From: Candidatus Sumerlaeales bacterium
GTDB taxonomy: Bacteria; Sumerlaeota; Sumerlaeia; Sumerlaeales; Sumerlaeaceae
Assembly: GCA_038243585.1 (NCBI GenBank)
Contig: JBBSQY010000058.1
Coordinates: forward strand, 1-19,764
Length of the DNA stretch: 19,764 bases
Reading direction: 5' to 3'
Translations under genes and position numbers: made by a program
Shown here: piece by piece, positions 7,927 to 16,802 of the stretch
Numbering within the stretch: position 1 is the first letter of the stretch
Layout of the letters: the number at the start of each line of letters is the position of its first letter
Notes under the pieces: model-generated
Told to the model about the DNA's origin: nothing
Databases searched by the model: none
Seen by the model: the letters and a program-made list of their open reading frames with translations, nothing else

Positions 7927-7955
7927 AGTATGTCAGGAATTGTGGAGGGAGTCGA
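7927..7955 (-). promoter_or_regulatory. Putative sigma70-type promoter for nusA
   Basis: Minus strand TCGACT-N17-CATACT with an A/T-rich tract further upstream. Predicted TSS near 7920, at the start of the structured leader. Confidence 0.5.
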
Positions 7956-8038
7956 GAAATCGAACGGGAGAAGTAATGTCGATATAAGTTAAAGAAAGAT
8001 TTTTTTAAATCAGCGATGCAAAGTGCGAGAAAACCACG

Positions 8039-8587
8039 TTAAGGATTGTTAATCATTACACGGGCTGCTGAAGGTGACATGCTGCCGGGAGAGACCTGCA
8101 TCCCATGCTGCATATACGAGTTGTTGGCAGCGGAGCCAAGTGAACTACCTGAATGTGAAACCAAACCGGGCTGACTGTATCTCCCGCGAGCATATCCGCG
8201 ATACTCGCCGTCCGGTGAAGGTTCCATGTAGCCACGATCAAAGCTGGCACCGTAACGTGGGCCGTCATACATCGGGGTTCCGGGTTCGACCGCGAGCGGA
8301 CCATACCACGTATACATTGGATCCCCATACTTGTCTTGCACGGGACGTACAACCGAAACTTTTTTCGCTTGCTCATCGAGAGCCGCCTGGGCGGCCATTG
8401 CCGCGCTCATTTCCATCTGCGCCAGGCCCGCCTGCAGGTTAGCAATACGCTGACGGGTTTGGATGGAACTGTTAGACACGCTTGAGCTTCTCACATAACC
8501 TTCGCTGACCTCGCCGCCGGCGTAAACTGGGCGTGATACCACCAGAGTTGCAAGAACAAGGGCAGGGATTAACAGGAGTTGTAACAT
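8039..8587 (-). CDS. Hypothetical secreted protein
   Basis: 182 aa with a signal peptide (MLQLLLIPALVLATLVVSRPVYA), a short coiled-coil-like segment and a Gly/Ser/Tyr/Pro-rich tail. AAGGA RBS upstream. Confidence 0.65.
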   Translation of the reverse strand: MLQLLLIPALVLATLVVSRPVYAGGEVSEGYVRSSSVSNSSIQTRQRIANLQAGLAQMEMSAAMAAQAALDEQAKKVSVVRPVQDKYGDPMYTWYGPLAVEPGTPMYDGPRYGASFDRGYMEPSPDGEYRGYARGRYSQPGLVSHSGSSLGSAANNSYMQHGMQVSPGSMSPSAARVMINNP

Positions 8588-8660
8588 TTTTAAAATTTCC
8601 TTTTCCGTTTACGGCTGTAACCTGAAAGATGTGACTCAGGCACTATTACGGAAGCAAGAA

Positions 8661-8990
8661 CTATGGCAAATCGTGTACTTTGCGCAGCCGATAAAGCGCT
8701 TCGTTGATTTCACAGCGTTTCCACTCATAAAAATTGCATAATTCCTGATCAACCAGTTGAAGCGATCCCACTTTATCGTACAACTGATCAGCAAATGCAA
8801 ACTGGCTGTCTTCTATATAGCAGCGATCTTCATATTGCACACCCATGGGATCGGCTGGAATTCCCGAAACCCCAATGCAACCTGTAAGGAAGCACGTAAT
8901 GCTTAGCGCAAATAAAAATGCCGGCAAACCAGCGCTAGCGCGCGGTGTGCCGACAGATAAATTAGGGTCTTGTTCGTGAAGCACTGACAT
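8661..8990 (-). CDS. Hypothetical small lipoprotein
   Basis: The ATG directly follows the rpsT stop (TAA-ATG). A hydrophobic stretch ends in the lipobox LTG-C, and the mature part has three more Cys. Confidence 0.65.
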   Translation of the reverse strand: MSVLHEQDPNLSVGTPRASAGLPAFLFALSITCFLTGCIGVSGIPADPMGVQYEDRCYIEDSQFAFADQLYDKVGSLQLVDQELCNFYEWKRCEINEALYRLRKVHDLP

Positions 8991-9257
8991 TTATTTCTGA
9001 GCGGACTTTGAAGCCTGCTTCATCATGCGCGACTGCAGACGGGCGGCTTTATTCTTATGGATAATGCCACGCTTCCAGGTGCGTGCAATCATGCCTTGGG
9101 TTTCTGGAATCATTTTAGCAGCATCATTGTCGCCTGCAGCGATGGCGGCCGCGGTCTTCTTTAGCGCCGTTTTTAGCGTCGCTTTAGCCGTGCGATTTTT
9201 AATCTCGTCACGCTTGTTGGTTTTGACCCGCTTTTTGGCTGATTTAATATTCGGCAA
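8991..9257 (-). CDS. rpsT: 30S ribosomal protein S20
   Basis: MPNIKSAKKR...KRGIIHKNKAARLQSR signature. TTG start codon preceded by GAGG. Confidence 0.97.
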   Translation of the reverse strand: MPNIKSAKKRVKTNKRDEIKNRTAKATLKTALKKTAAAIAAGDNDAAKMIPETQGMIARTWKRGIIHKNKAARLQSRMMKQASKSAQK

Positions 9258-9592
9258 CGTATGTTCCTCGGTAAACTATTTGGTAAGGCAGGTTTTTCTC
9301 TATTCCACACTCGCGGAAATAGTCTAACGTGGCGCGCAGAAAAGGTGTGATAACGTAGAATGTGGAGATGTTGGCAACAGGTGAGAAGGTCGAAACATTA
9401 GTTGTATTCCACGCCTTCTATCCGCCGACATGATTTATAATACGGTCACGCACAACTTACTCATCCTTTTTAAATATTATTTATTGCGCCATCTTACTCT
9501 TCTCCTGTGGATACGGAACAAATCCGGTGGCGTTGATATCACAATTTAAGCCGCATCAATGATTTGTAAGCCGAAGGGAAGTCTTTGTATCA

Positions 9593-11722
9593 ATGAGCCG
9601 TTGTTTTTCTGTTTCGAAAGTGACCGTAATAGTGGGTGCAGCACTTATTTTCACCGGCTGTGATAACCTGACGGGCGAAAGCCCTAAAATTGTTTCTGAT
9701 GATAAAGCGACTCCAGTCGCAGATGCGGCGCACGCCTCTAAACCATCCGCAACGCCTGTTGCCTCACCGGGCAGCGCATGGAATGAGGTGGCGCAAAACA
9801 CCTTTGCCGAAAAGAATGCCGCCATAACAACGCCCCCGCTGGCAAACGCCGATTTGCCGACTACCGCCCCCGCTGCTCCGACCGGACCAATCCCTAACGC
9901 GCTAACTGCCCCCGACCCCGCCCTGGCAGAGTCGCCCGGACTCTTTCTTCGTCAGGCTCAAAATTCTTCCGTATTCTGGCGATCATGGTCGCCAGATGCA
10001 TTTCGCGAAGCCGAAGCCCGCGGTTTGCCGGTGCTCATCATGATAGGAAGCGCATGGAGTCATGATGCGGCCGCGATGGATAACCAGGTATTCACAGATC
10101 CCGAAATCAGCGCCAAGCTCAACACGGATTATGTACCAATCCGGGTGGACGCGGACGAGCGACCCGACATCTGGTCCCGTTACCGAATGGCATATGAAGC
10201 AATCAATAAACAGTTAGCGCGCCCGCCGCTGATGGTGTTCGCGCTAGCGGATGGCCGTCCGTTTGACGTGGTGGGTCCCGTGCCGGCCCGAGGTTCCGAA
10301 GGCAATTCCGGAATGCTTGAGCTTATGAGTCAGGCATCGGAAATGTACAAAGACCGCCAGGCGGATGTTACAGCCCAGGCAGCCTCTATTGAAACCGTGC
10401 TGGCTCAGCTTCTTGCGGCTCCGCGGGCTGAAAGTGCGGATTTATCTGCGGAACTCCTGGACTCCATGGCGGACGGGCTGGCGTCGGCATCCACCGGCAA
10501 CGACTCAGAAGCGCTGCGCGCGGGGCGCGTGGGCGGATTTTTACTGCATCACGCGACAGATAAGTCCTCTGGAAAATCTCGAGAGGCCGCATCGGAGCTT
10601 TTGCTGAACCGGTTTCGTAGCGGCCAGCGCGACCACGTAATGGGGGGATACTTTCTCCGCATTCCCGGCAGTGGCGATATCCAGTATGGAAAGCTTCTGC
10701 CGGTTCAGGCGGAAATGATCAGCGCCAACGCCCGCGCGTTCGCCGCCACCGGAAAAGGGCTACATAAAGAAGGCGTTACAGAGGTTCTGCGGTTTTGCAG
10801 AGACTGGCTCGAATCTCCAGACGGTGGGTTCTTCGCCTGCCAGGCGCCGGATATCGGTAATGAAGACTCTGGCGGCTATTTTACGTGGAGCAGGGAAGAG
10901 ATTAACCAGATTGCGGAAGACGAAAAATCGGCCACTGTCTTTTCTGAATACCTTAACGCCCAGGCGGGTGAAAAAACAAACCTGCACGTTACCGGCAAAC
11001 TTCAACAGGCCGCCGACACGGCCGGGGTTTCTTACGCGGAAGCCTTAAAGGGGCTGGACGCGGTGCGGGTCAAACTTCGAAACTTTCGCATAGGCGCGGA
11101 ACAGGTGCCTATGGTGGATAAAAGCATACTCGCCGGATGGAACGCCGATATGGTGGTCGCGTATTTAGAAGCGGCTGAGCTTGTGGGTGACGAAACGGCC
11201 CGGGAATTTGCGCTTAAGACGGCGGACATGATCGTGAAATCCATGGTTTCCGAACAGGATGGCGTGGCGCGCGTCCTTTATAAGGGGAAGGCATCGGGCT
11301 ACGGATTCCTCGCCGACAACGTCAAGGTGGCTTCAGCGCTGCTCAAATGCTATCAGGTTACCAATCAACAGGAATATCTGGATAGCGCTCAATCCCTGAT
11401 GGAGTTTGTGGAAGAGCGTTTTCTCGACTCAGATTCCGGACTATATCAGGACGTTGCAAACAGTGCAGCCTGGGAACAGGCAGGCCTGCTAAAGCTGAAG
11501 CGCCTGCCTATTGAAGACGACATTTCAAGGTCGCCCAACGCGGTGGCTGCGATGGTCTGGTATCAGCTATCCGCTGCTGCTAACAAAGCGGAATACAAAG
11601 GCCGCGCGGAACGCATGGTGAAAGCCGCTCTGGAGCGTCGGCCATTTAACACGGAAGCCGTAGCAACCTGGGGTGAAGCGGGGCTAATGGTGCAAAACGG
11701 GCCTCCTTCGTTTAAGAGGTAA
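9593..11722 (+). CDS. DUF255/YyaL (SPATA20-like) thioredoxin-domain plus alpha/alpha-barrel protein; predicted lipoprotein with degenerate motifs
   Basis: LAESPGLFLRQ...VFWRSWSPDAFREA, LNTDYVPIRVDADERPDI, GGFFACQ...GGYFTWS, DKSILAGWNA, GFLAD and SPNAVA follow the YyaL motif order. N-terminal lipobox FTG-C and a Pro/Ala/Thr-rich linker. Confidence 0.85.
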   Translation: MSRCFSVSKVTVIVGAALIFTGCDNLTGESPKIVSDDKATPVADAAHASKPSATPVASPGSAWNEVAQNTFAEKNAAITTPPLANADLPTTAPAAPTGPIPNALTAPDPALAESPGLFLRQAQNSSVFWRSWSPDAFREAEARGLPVLIMIGSAWSHDAAAMDNQVFTDPEISAKLNTDYVPIRVDADERPDIWSRYRMAYEAINKQLARPPLMVFALADGRPFDVVGPVPARGSEGNSGMLELMSQASEMYKDRQADVTAQAASIETVLAQLLAAPRAESADLSAELLDSMADGLASASTGNDSEALRAGRVGGFLLHHATDKSSGKSREAASELLLNRFRSGQRDHVMGGYFLRIPGSGDIQYGKLLPVQAEMISANARAFAATGKGLHKEGVTEVLRFCRDWLESPDGGFFACQAPDIGNEDSGGYFTWSREEINQIAEDEKSATVFSEYLNAQAGEKTNLHVTGKLQQAADTAGVSYAEALKGLDAVRVKLRNFRIGAEQVPMVDKSILAGWNADMVVAYLEAAELVGDETAREFALKTADMIVKSMVSEQDGVARVLYKGKASGYGFLADNVKVASALLKCYQVTNQQEYLDSAQSLMEFVEERFLDSDSGLYQDVANSAAWEQAGLLKLKRLPIEDDISRSPNAVAAMVWYQLSAAANKAEYKGRAERMVKAALERRPFNTEAVATWGEAGLMVQNGPPSFKR

Positions 11723-11858
11723 GTGCAGATTCGAATTACGTACATGTTCGTCTTCTACTGCAGTTTCCTTGATATCCGCAGAGTGTATTATCTCCACCAG
11801 CACGGTGGCGCATATCAGCCATTCCAGAGCTTTGTTTCTTGTAACTGCGCCGCACAAA

Positions 11859-11878
11859 AATAATGATATCAATGTCAT
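11859..11878 (+). promoter_or_regulatory. Candidate Fur-family operator upstream of the iron permease
   Basis: AATAATGATATCAATGTCAT. The first 10 nt match the Fur box GATAATGATA at 9 positions, and ATGATATCAATGTCAT is an imperfect palindrome (12/16). Confidence 0.45.
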
Positions 11879-11950
11879 GCGACTTATCAATTTTCTGGAA
11901 TAGCGTTTGCGCTACCGCGAGACGATATTATTTGTCTGGAGAAACAAACT

Positions 11951-12958
11951 GTGCTGAAGAACTCGAAATCCGGGGTGCGTTGGATGTTGCTGGCCTCGGC
12001 GATGGTCCTGGTGGCGGTAATGATATGGCAGGCGATCTCGAATAGTGGGGTCCCCGATCCGTCGGAGCATCAGCCTGAGGCTGTCGCATTACTAAATATC
12101 TCGCTACTGGTTTTTCGGGAAGGGCTGGAATGTATCCTCGTTCTTGCCGCGATTATGGCTAACATGGTGGGCACAAAAGCTCATTACCGGAAACCGGTTA
12201 CCTGGGGCGCAGTGCTAGGCTTTTTTGCGACTATCGGCACGTGGTTTGTGGCCGTGGCCATTGTAAACGATCTGCTGGAAAACGTTTCGGCGCTACATAT
12301 GCAGGCGGCGACCGGGCTACTGGCCATTGTGGTTCTTCTAATAGTAATGAACTGGTTTTTTCACAAAGTATACTGGGGCGGATGGATCAGTCTGCATAAC
12401 CGGAAAAAACGGGAACTGCTGAACAGCGATCAGGATGCCTCCATCAGCCGCTGGAAATTGTTGTATGGCCTGGCGCTGCTTGGGTTCGCCTCATTCTATC
12501 GGGAAGGCTTTGAGGTGGTGTTGTTTCTGCAGAGCTATAATCTCAAAATGGGCGGGGATGTGGTGCTGGGAGGCGCTTTATTTGGTCTGTACCTCAGCAG
12601 CATCGTGGCGGTGCTCACCTTCGTGGCCCATCACAGGCTACCCTATCGGAAGATGCTGGTGCTTACGGGCGTGATGCTTGCCGTGGTGCTGATGGTTATG
12701 GTGGGGGAGCAGGTGCAGGAGATGCAGCTTGCGGGATGGCTGAGCACGACGGAAATTCCGGTGGCTGCGAAGATTATTCCAGGGTGGATGGGAATGTGGT
12801 TCGCGCTGTTCCCGAACGTGGAGGGGCTGTCGCTCCAGGCGTTTGCGATGGCGCTTGTGGGCGGGTCTTATTTTGCGGCTCGTAAGACCGGAGCAAGGCG
12901 GGACGTGGAAGAGGTTCCTGTTACGGGCGGGCAGCTAATGCAGATGGAAACGGAATAG
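11951..12958 (+). CDS. FTR1/EfeU-family iron permease
   Basis: Multi-TM protein with two RExxE iron-permease motifs (FREGLE, YREGFE). GTG start after a GGAGA RBS. Confidence 0.92.
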   Translation: MLKNSKSGVRWMLLASAMVLVAVMIWQAISNSGVPDPSEHQPEAVALLNISLLVFREGLECILVLAAIMANMVGTKAHYRKPVTWGAVLGFFATIGTWFVAVAIVNDLLENVSALHMQAATGLLAIVVLLIVMNWFFHKVYWGGWISLHNRKKRELLNSDQDASISRWKLLYGLALLGFASFYREGFEVVLFLQSYNLKMGGDVVLGGALFGLYLSSIVAVLTFVAHHRLPYRKMLVLTGVMLAVVLMVMVGEQVQEMQLAGWLSTTEIPVAAKIIPGWMGMWFALFPNVEGLSLQAFAMALVGGSYFAARKTGARRDVEEVPVTGGQLMQMETE

Positions 12959-13092
12959 GTATATGGCAGGATTCCTCTTTGCGGCGTCAGGCCACCGCGC
13001 TCTATATTAGCGGATATAGAATTCGAAAAATCCTTGCTTTACGGGGTCGTTGGAAGCGAAATTTTCTTTGTTAGCCAAAGGATTATTTTAAA

Positions 13093-14511
13093 ATGCCGAT
13101 TGCTCCTCTTCGCTTCATACTGTGTCTTTCCGTCCTGGCGGCGGTTTTGGTGCCTAATACTCTCCAGGCCGCCGCAAAGCCTGATATTGTCGTGTTTCTA
13201 ACGGACGACCAGAGTCAGCTTGATACGTCGATTTATGGAAAACGGGGGATGAAAACTCCGAACGCGGAGCGACTGGCAGCGGCGGGTGTTACTTTTAACA
13301 ACGCCTACGTGGCCTCTCCCACTTGCGCGCCGAGTCGGGCGGCCCTGCTGACGGGACTTATGCCCGCGCGTAATGGCGCTGAACCAAATCATGCCCGGCC
13401 CCGGCCAGAGATAAAGAAGTGGCCTGCGTATTTTCAAGAGCTTGGGTATGAGGTGGTGGCGTATGGTAAGGTTTCTCATTATAAGCACACGGTTGATTAT
13501 GGGTTCGACAGCTTTGCCCATGACACTTTCCATGATCATGAAGCCATACCGGCAGCGGTAAAGTTTTTGGCCGACCGCGACCGGGAATCGACGCGGCCGC
13601 TTTGTCTGATGGTTGGCAGCAACTGGCCTCATGTGCCGTGGCCGAAGGAGAGCGCGTTTGATCCAGCGGCGCTCCGTCTGCCGGAGACTTCGGTGGACAC
13701 AACCGCCACCCGCGAGGCGCGGACGAAACTGGCCGCTGCGGTAAAAAACGCGGACGACGACCTGGGCACAATTTATGACGCTGCCCGCAAATCTCTGGAC
13801 GACAAAGCGATTTTTCTTTGGAGCAGCGACCACGGCACCCAGTGGCCTTTCGGCAAGTGGAACTGTTACGAAGAGGGTGTCCGGGTCCCTCTTATCGTCG
13901 ATTGGCCGGGCGTGACTAAGCCGGGCTCACGCAGTGACGCAGTCGTAAGCTGGATTGATTTTTTACCCACTCTGCTGGAAGCCGTGGGCGGGCAGGCCCC
14001 TGCGGATATCGACGGAGAATCGTTTACCTCCGTGCTTCGCGGGGAGAGCGATAAGCACCGGGATCGGATCTTCACCACCCACAGCGGCGACGGGAATCTG
14101 AACATCTATCCCATTCGCGCATTGCGCGTTGGCAACTGGAAGTATATCATGAACCTGCATCCGGAATTTGCTTTCGCCACGCATATTGATCTTCCAGCGG
14201 ACCTGGGACGAACAAAGTATTGGGAGTCCTGGGAAGAGGCAGCGAAGTCAGATCCAAACGCAGCGGAAATTGTAAAACGTTACCATGCCCGGCCTGCGGA
14301 TGAGCTTTATGAGCTGTCGTCTGACCCGCATGAACAAAAGAATCTGGCCGCGGACCCGGAACATGTGAGCCGCGTGAAGGAAATGCAGGCCGAAGTAGAA
14401 GCCTGGATGGAAAAGCAGGGCGACGAGCGCAAAGTGTATGGGGTCCCGCGGCTTTTAAGCGACGAAAGTAGCTATGGGCCGGGCGCTGTCTTAAAAGATA
14501 AGCAGGAGTAG
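13093..14511 (+). CDS. Exported formylglycine-dependent sulfatase (S1 family, sulfamidase-like)
   Basis: Signal peptide, KPDIVVFLTDD, CAPSRAALLTG (CxPxR), WPHVPW, SDHG, GKWNCYEEGVRVPLIV and ELYELSSDPHEQKNLA. Confidence 0.94.
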   Translation: MPIAPLRFILCLSVLAAVLVPNTLQAAAKPDIVVFLTDDQSQLDTSIYGKRGMKTPNAERLAAAGVTFNNAYVASPTCAPSRAALLTGLMPARNGAEPNHARPRPEIKKWPAYFQELGYEVVAYGKVSHYKHTVDYGFDSFAHDTFHDHEAIPAAVKFLADRDRESTRPLCLMVGSNWPHVPWPKESAFDPAALRLPETSVDTTATREARTKLAAAVKNADDDLGTIYDAARKSLDDKAIFLWSSDHGTQWPFGKWNCYEEGVRVPLIVDWPGVTKPGSRSDAVVSWIDFLPTLLEAVGGQAPADIDGESFTSVLRGESDKHRDRIFTTHSGDGNLNIYPIRALRVGNWKYIMNLHPEFAFATHIDLPADLGRTKYWESWEEAAKSDPNAAEIVKRYHARPADELYELSSDPHEQKNLAADPEHVSRVKEMQAEVEAWMEKQGDERKVYGVPRLLSDESSYGPGAVLKDKQE

Positions 14512-14627
14512 CAAGACTTCAAAATTGATCGCTTTGGAATTGGTTGTCGGTTTACATTTGCTTTAATTTCGTGTGGGCACGGCCTGTGCGTGGTGCATAG
14601 TCATACCGAAAAATTGGAGATTTGGAG

Positions 14628-15662
14628 ATGATGATGCGATCAATATTTGGCTTCGGACCGGCATTGATTTTGGCGGCAGGCTTGACGCCGCAGTTGGCGG
14701 TCGCGCAAGGACCGACCTACGACGTGCCGCTCGGCATCGCCATGGAAAGCTACGAATACCCGTTCCCGGTCAAATTTCTGCCTCTCACAATCGAGGGCCA
14801 GGATGTGCGCATGGCGTATATGGATGTGAAGTCCGATTCCGCCGAAGCAACGCAGACCGTGGTGCTGCTGCACGGTAAGAACTTCTATGGAAGCTACTTT
14901 GAAAACACGGCCAATGTGCTTTCAGACGCTGGGTATCGCGTGGTCATCCCTGACCAGATTGGATTCGGCAAATCTTCCAAACCGGCCATCAACTACAGCT
15001 TTGATCTGCTTGCGACTAATACGGCGACGCTTTTGAACGAGCTTGGGGTGGACAAGTTCGCCGTTGTCGGCCACAGCATGGGCGGGATGGTGGCCGCGCG
15101 TATTGCGCTAAATTATCCGGATCGGGTGACAAAGCTGGTTTTTGAAAATCCGATTGGATTGGAAGATTACCGGTTTAAGGTTCCGCCGTTGCCGACGGAG
15201 CAGGTTTATAAGAAGGAGTTGGCGACTACCAGCACGGGGGGCATCCGTAACTTCACGAAGAATTACGTGGTGGATTGGAAACCCGACGTTTTCGAGCGGT
15301 TCGTGGAAGTTCGCAGCCGCATCGCCCTGGGTGGCGAATATCCCCGCTGGGCAATGGCGGCGGCACTGACGTATCAGATGATTTATCAGCAGCCGGTGGT
15401 GCATGAGTTTCCGCTGATCAAGGCGACGACGCTGGTGGTTATTGGTCAAAAGGATACGACGACGCTTGGCCGTGGTTTCGTGGCCCCGGAGGTGATTGCC
15501 ACCATGGGAAACTATCCGGAACTTGGGAAGAAAACCGCTGAGGCTATTCCCAATGCGCGTCTGGTGGAGATGGACAACGTGGATCATATTCCGCACCTTG
15601 AAGCGCCGGAGGAATATCATAAGGAGCTTCTGGAGTTTTTGGCGGAACCAAGTACGGATTAG
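14628..15662 (+). CDS. Exported alpha/beta fold hydrolase
   Basis: Signal peptide (AVA), LLHGKNF, PDQIGFGKS, GHSMGG nucleophile elbow, IGQKD and HIPHLE. The start is one of the ATGs at 14628, 14631 or 14634, behind GGAG. Confidence 0.93.
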   Translation: MMMRSIFGFGPALILAAGLTPQLAVAQGPTYDVPLGIAMESYEYPFPVKFLPLTIEGQDVRMAYMDVKSDSAEATQTVVLLHGKNFYGSYFENTANVLSDAGYRVVIPDQIGFGKSSKPAINYSFDLLATNTATLLNELGVDKFAVVGHSMGGMVAARIALNYPDRVTKLVFENPIGLEDYRFKVPPLPTEQVYKKELATTSTGGIRNFTKNYVVDWKPDVFERFVEVRSRIALGGEYPRWAMAAALTYQMIYQQPVVHEFPLIKATTLVVIGQKDTTTLGRGFVAPEVIATMGNYPELGKKTAEAIPNARLVEMDNVDHIPHLEAPEEYHKELLEFLAEPSTD

Positions 15663-15708
15663 AAGCCTTAAACACGGAGGCGCAGTGGCGGGGGCAAGAA
15701 CCACCCCA

Positions 15709-16647
15709 TTAGTCGGGAGAAACAGGTTTAAGGTTCTCCAGTTTAAGTGCCATTTGCCTCGCGTGCTCCGCTGCCTTAACGTCTCCGTTGAACTCTGAAA
15801 TGTCGGCAAGGTTGTTCCATGCCCATGCTGCGTTATATGATGAGTCGTCGATGTAAATGGTTTTTTTGTAGTGCCGAATCGCAGTAGCAAAATCGCCGCT
15901 TGATTGCGCGTTGTAGGCTTTTGCGGCATTCCATTCGGAAGACCACGGGCACCAAAGTAAGATAAGAAAAGTGGTCGTGAGCAGCATAGCGCAGAAAGCC
16001 CATGCCATGCGCGATTTGACTCCAGGATAAATCACAGCTGCGCCTGCTGCGGTTCCGAAAAACAGCCCTGCCAAGTGGGCGGCATTCCCTATTTCAGGAT
16101 CAAAGGAACAAATTAAAAGCCAGACAAGAAAAGCAAAAATCAGCTTTCGATTGAGCACACCATCCAACCCCGAATAACGCTTTCTTCCAAACCACACTAA
16201 CCCGAAAAGCGCGTAGCCTACGCCGCTGGCGCCAATCCCGGTGGAGTCGGTATGAGCCAGTTGCGCCGCTGAGCTGACGGCCGCTGCCGCGATAAGAAAC
16301 AATAGCCATTTCCCAGTACCAAACACCTTTTCTATCGGACTACCGAGCACCCAGAACCAGTAGACGTTTAACAGCAAATGTATAGGTTCCAAATGCAGGA
16401 AAACGCTGGTGAGAAGCCCCCACCAGTAATGCTTTTGCCAGATGTCGTAGGCCGATACGTAAACCCATGCCAGCAGTTCTTCCTCGGAGTCGGTGTCCGT
16501 TCCGCTTGCGTATATCCCGATAAAAATCAGAATCATTACAAAGCATGACAGAGCAGTAGCAATGGGGAAATTTTTAAACCTGGATACGGGTCTTGTATCG
16601 GGCGTAGGCGTTACTGCGTCATCGGCAGTGTCAGTTGATGCATTCAT
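15709..16647 (-). CDS. Rhomboid family intramembrane serine protease with a C-terminal TPR-like domain
   Basis: TSVFLH...HLLLN, catalytic GASG and NAAHLAG. The C-terminal GDFATAIRHYKKTI...AWAWNNLA is TPR-like. The start is uncertain (16647, 16674 or 16701). Confidence 0.88.
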   Translation of the reverse strand: MNASTDTADDAVTPTPDTRPVSRFKNFPIATALSCFVMILIFIGIYASGTDTDSEEELLAWVYVSAYDIWQKHYWWGLLTSVFLHLEPIHLLLNVYWFWVLGSPIEKVFGTGKWLLFLIAAAAVSSAAQLAHTDSTGIGASGVGYALFGLVWFGRKRYSGLDGVLNRKLIFAFLVWLLICSFDPEIGNAAHLAGLFFGTAAGAAVIYPGVKSRMAWAFCAMLLTTTFLILLWCPWSSEWNAAKAYNAQSSGDFATAIRHYKKTIYIDDSSYNAAWAWNNLADISEFNGDVKAAEHARQMALKLENLKPVSPD

Positions 16648-16749
16648 ATAATTACAGGGTCCATACGTTTTCATATCACATGAAGCAATGTCAAATCTCA
16701 CTGGAAAGCAATCGGTTGTATTTTTGATTTTATGCTTCGCGAGGGTTGC

Positions 16750-16775
16750 GGACGGCTCGGCGAGCCATCCCTACC
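16750..16775 (-). repeat. REP-like palindrome, family B, intergenic copy
   Basis: Minus strand GGTAG-GGATGGCTC-GCC-GAGCCGTCC: a GTAG foot plus a 9-bp stem. Identical to 18394-18419. Confidence 0.8.
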
Positions 16776-16802
16776 AGAAATTTCTCGTTAAGGTATTTTC
16801 GC

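Noticed and set aside
7636..7987. ORFs 7636..7860 (-) and 7754..7987 (+) as a rimP remnant or leader peptide
   Set aside because: No RimP motifs (such as LEVSSPG), both cross the terminator hairpin, and neither has a convincing RBS.
8661..8990. LptE assignment suggested by the rpsT neighbourhood
   Set aside because: Too short, looks helical, and has no LptE-like pattern.
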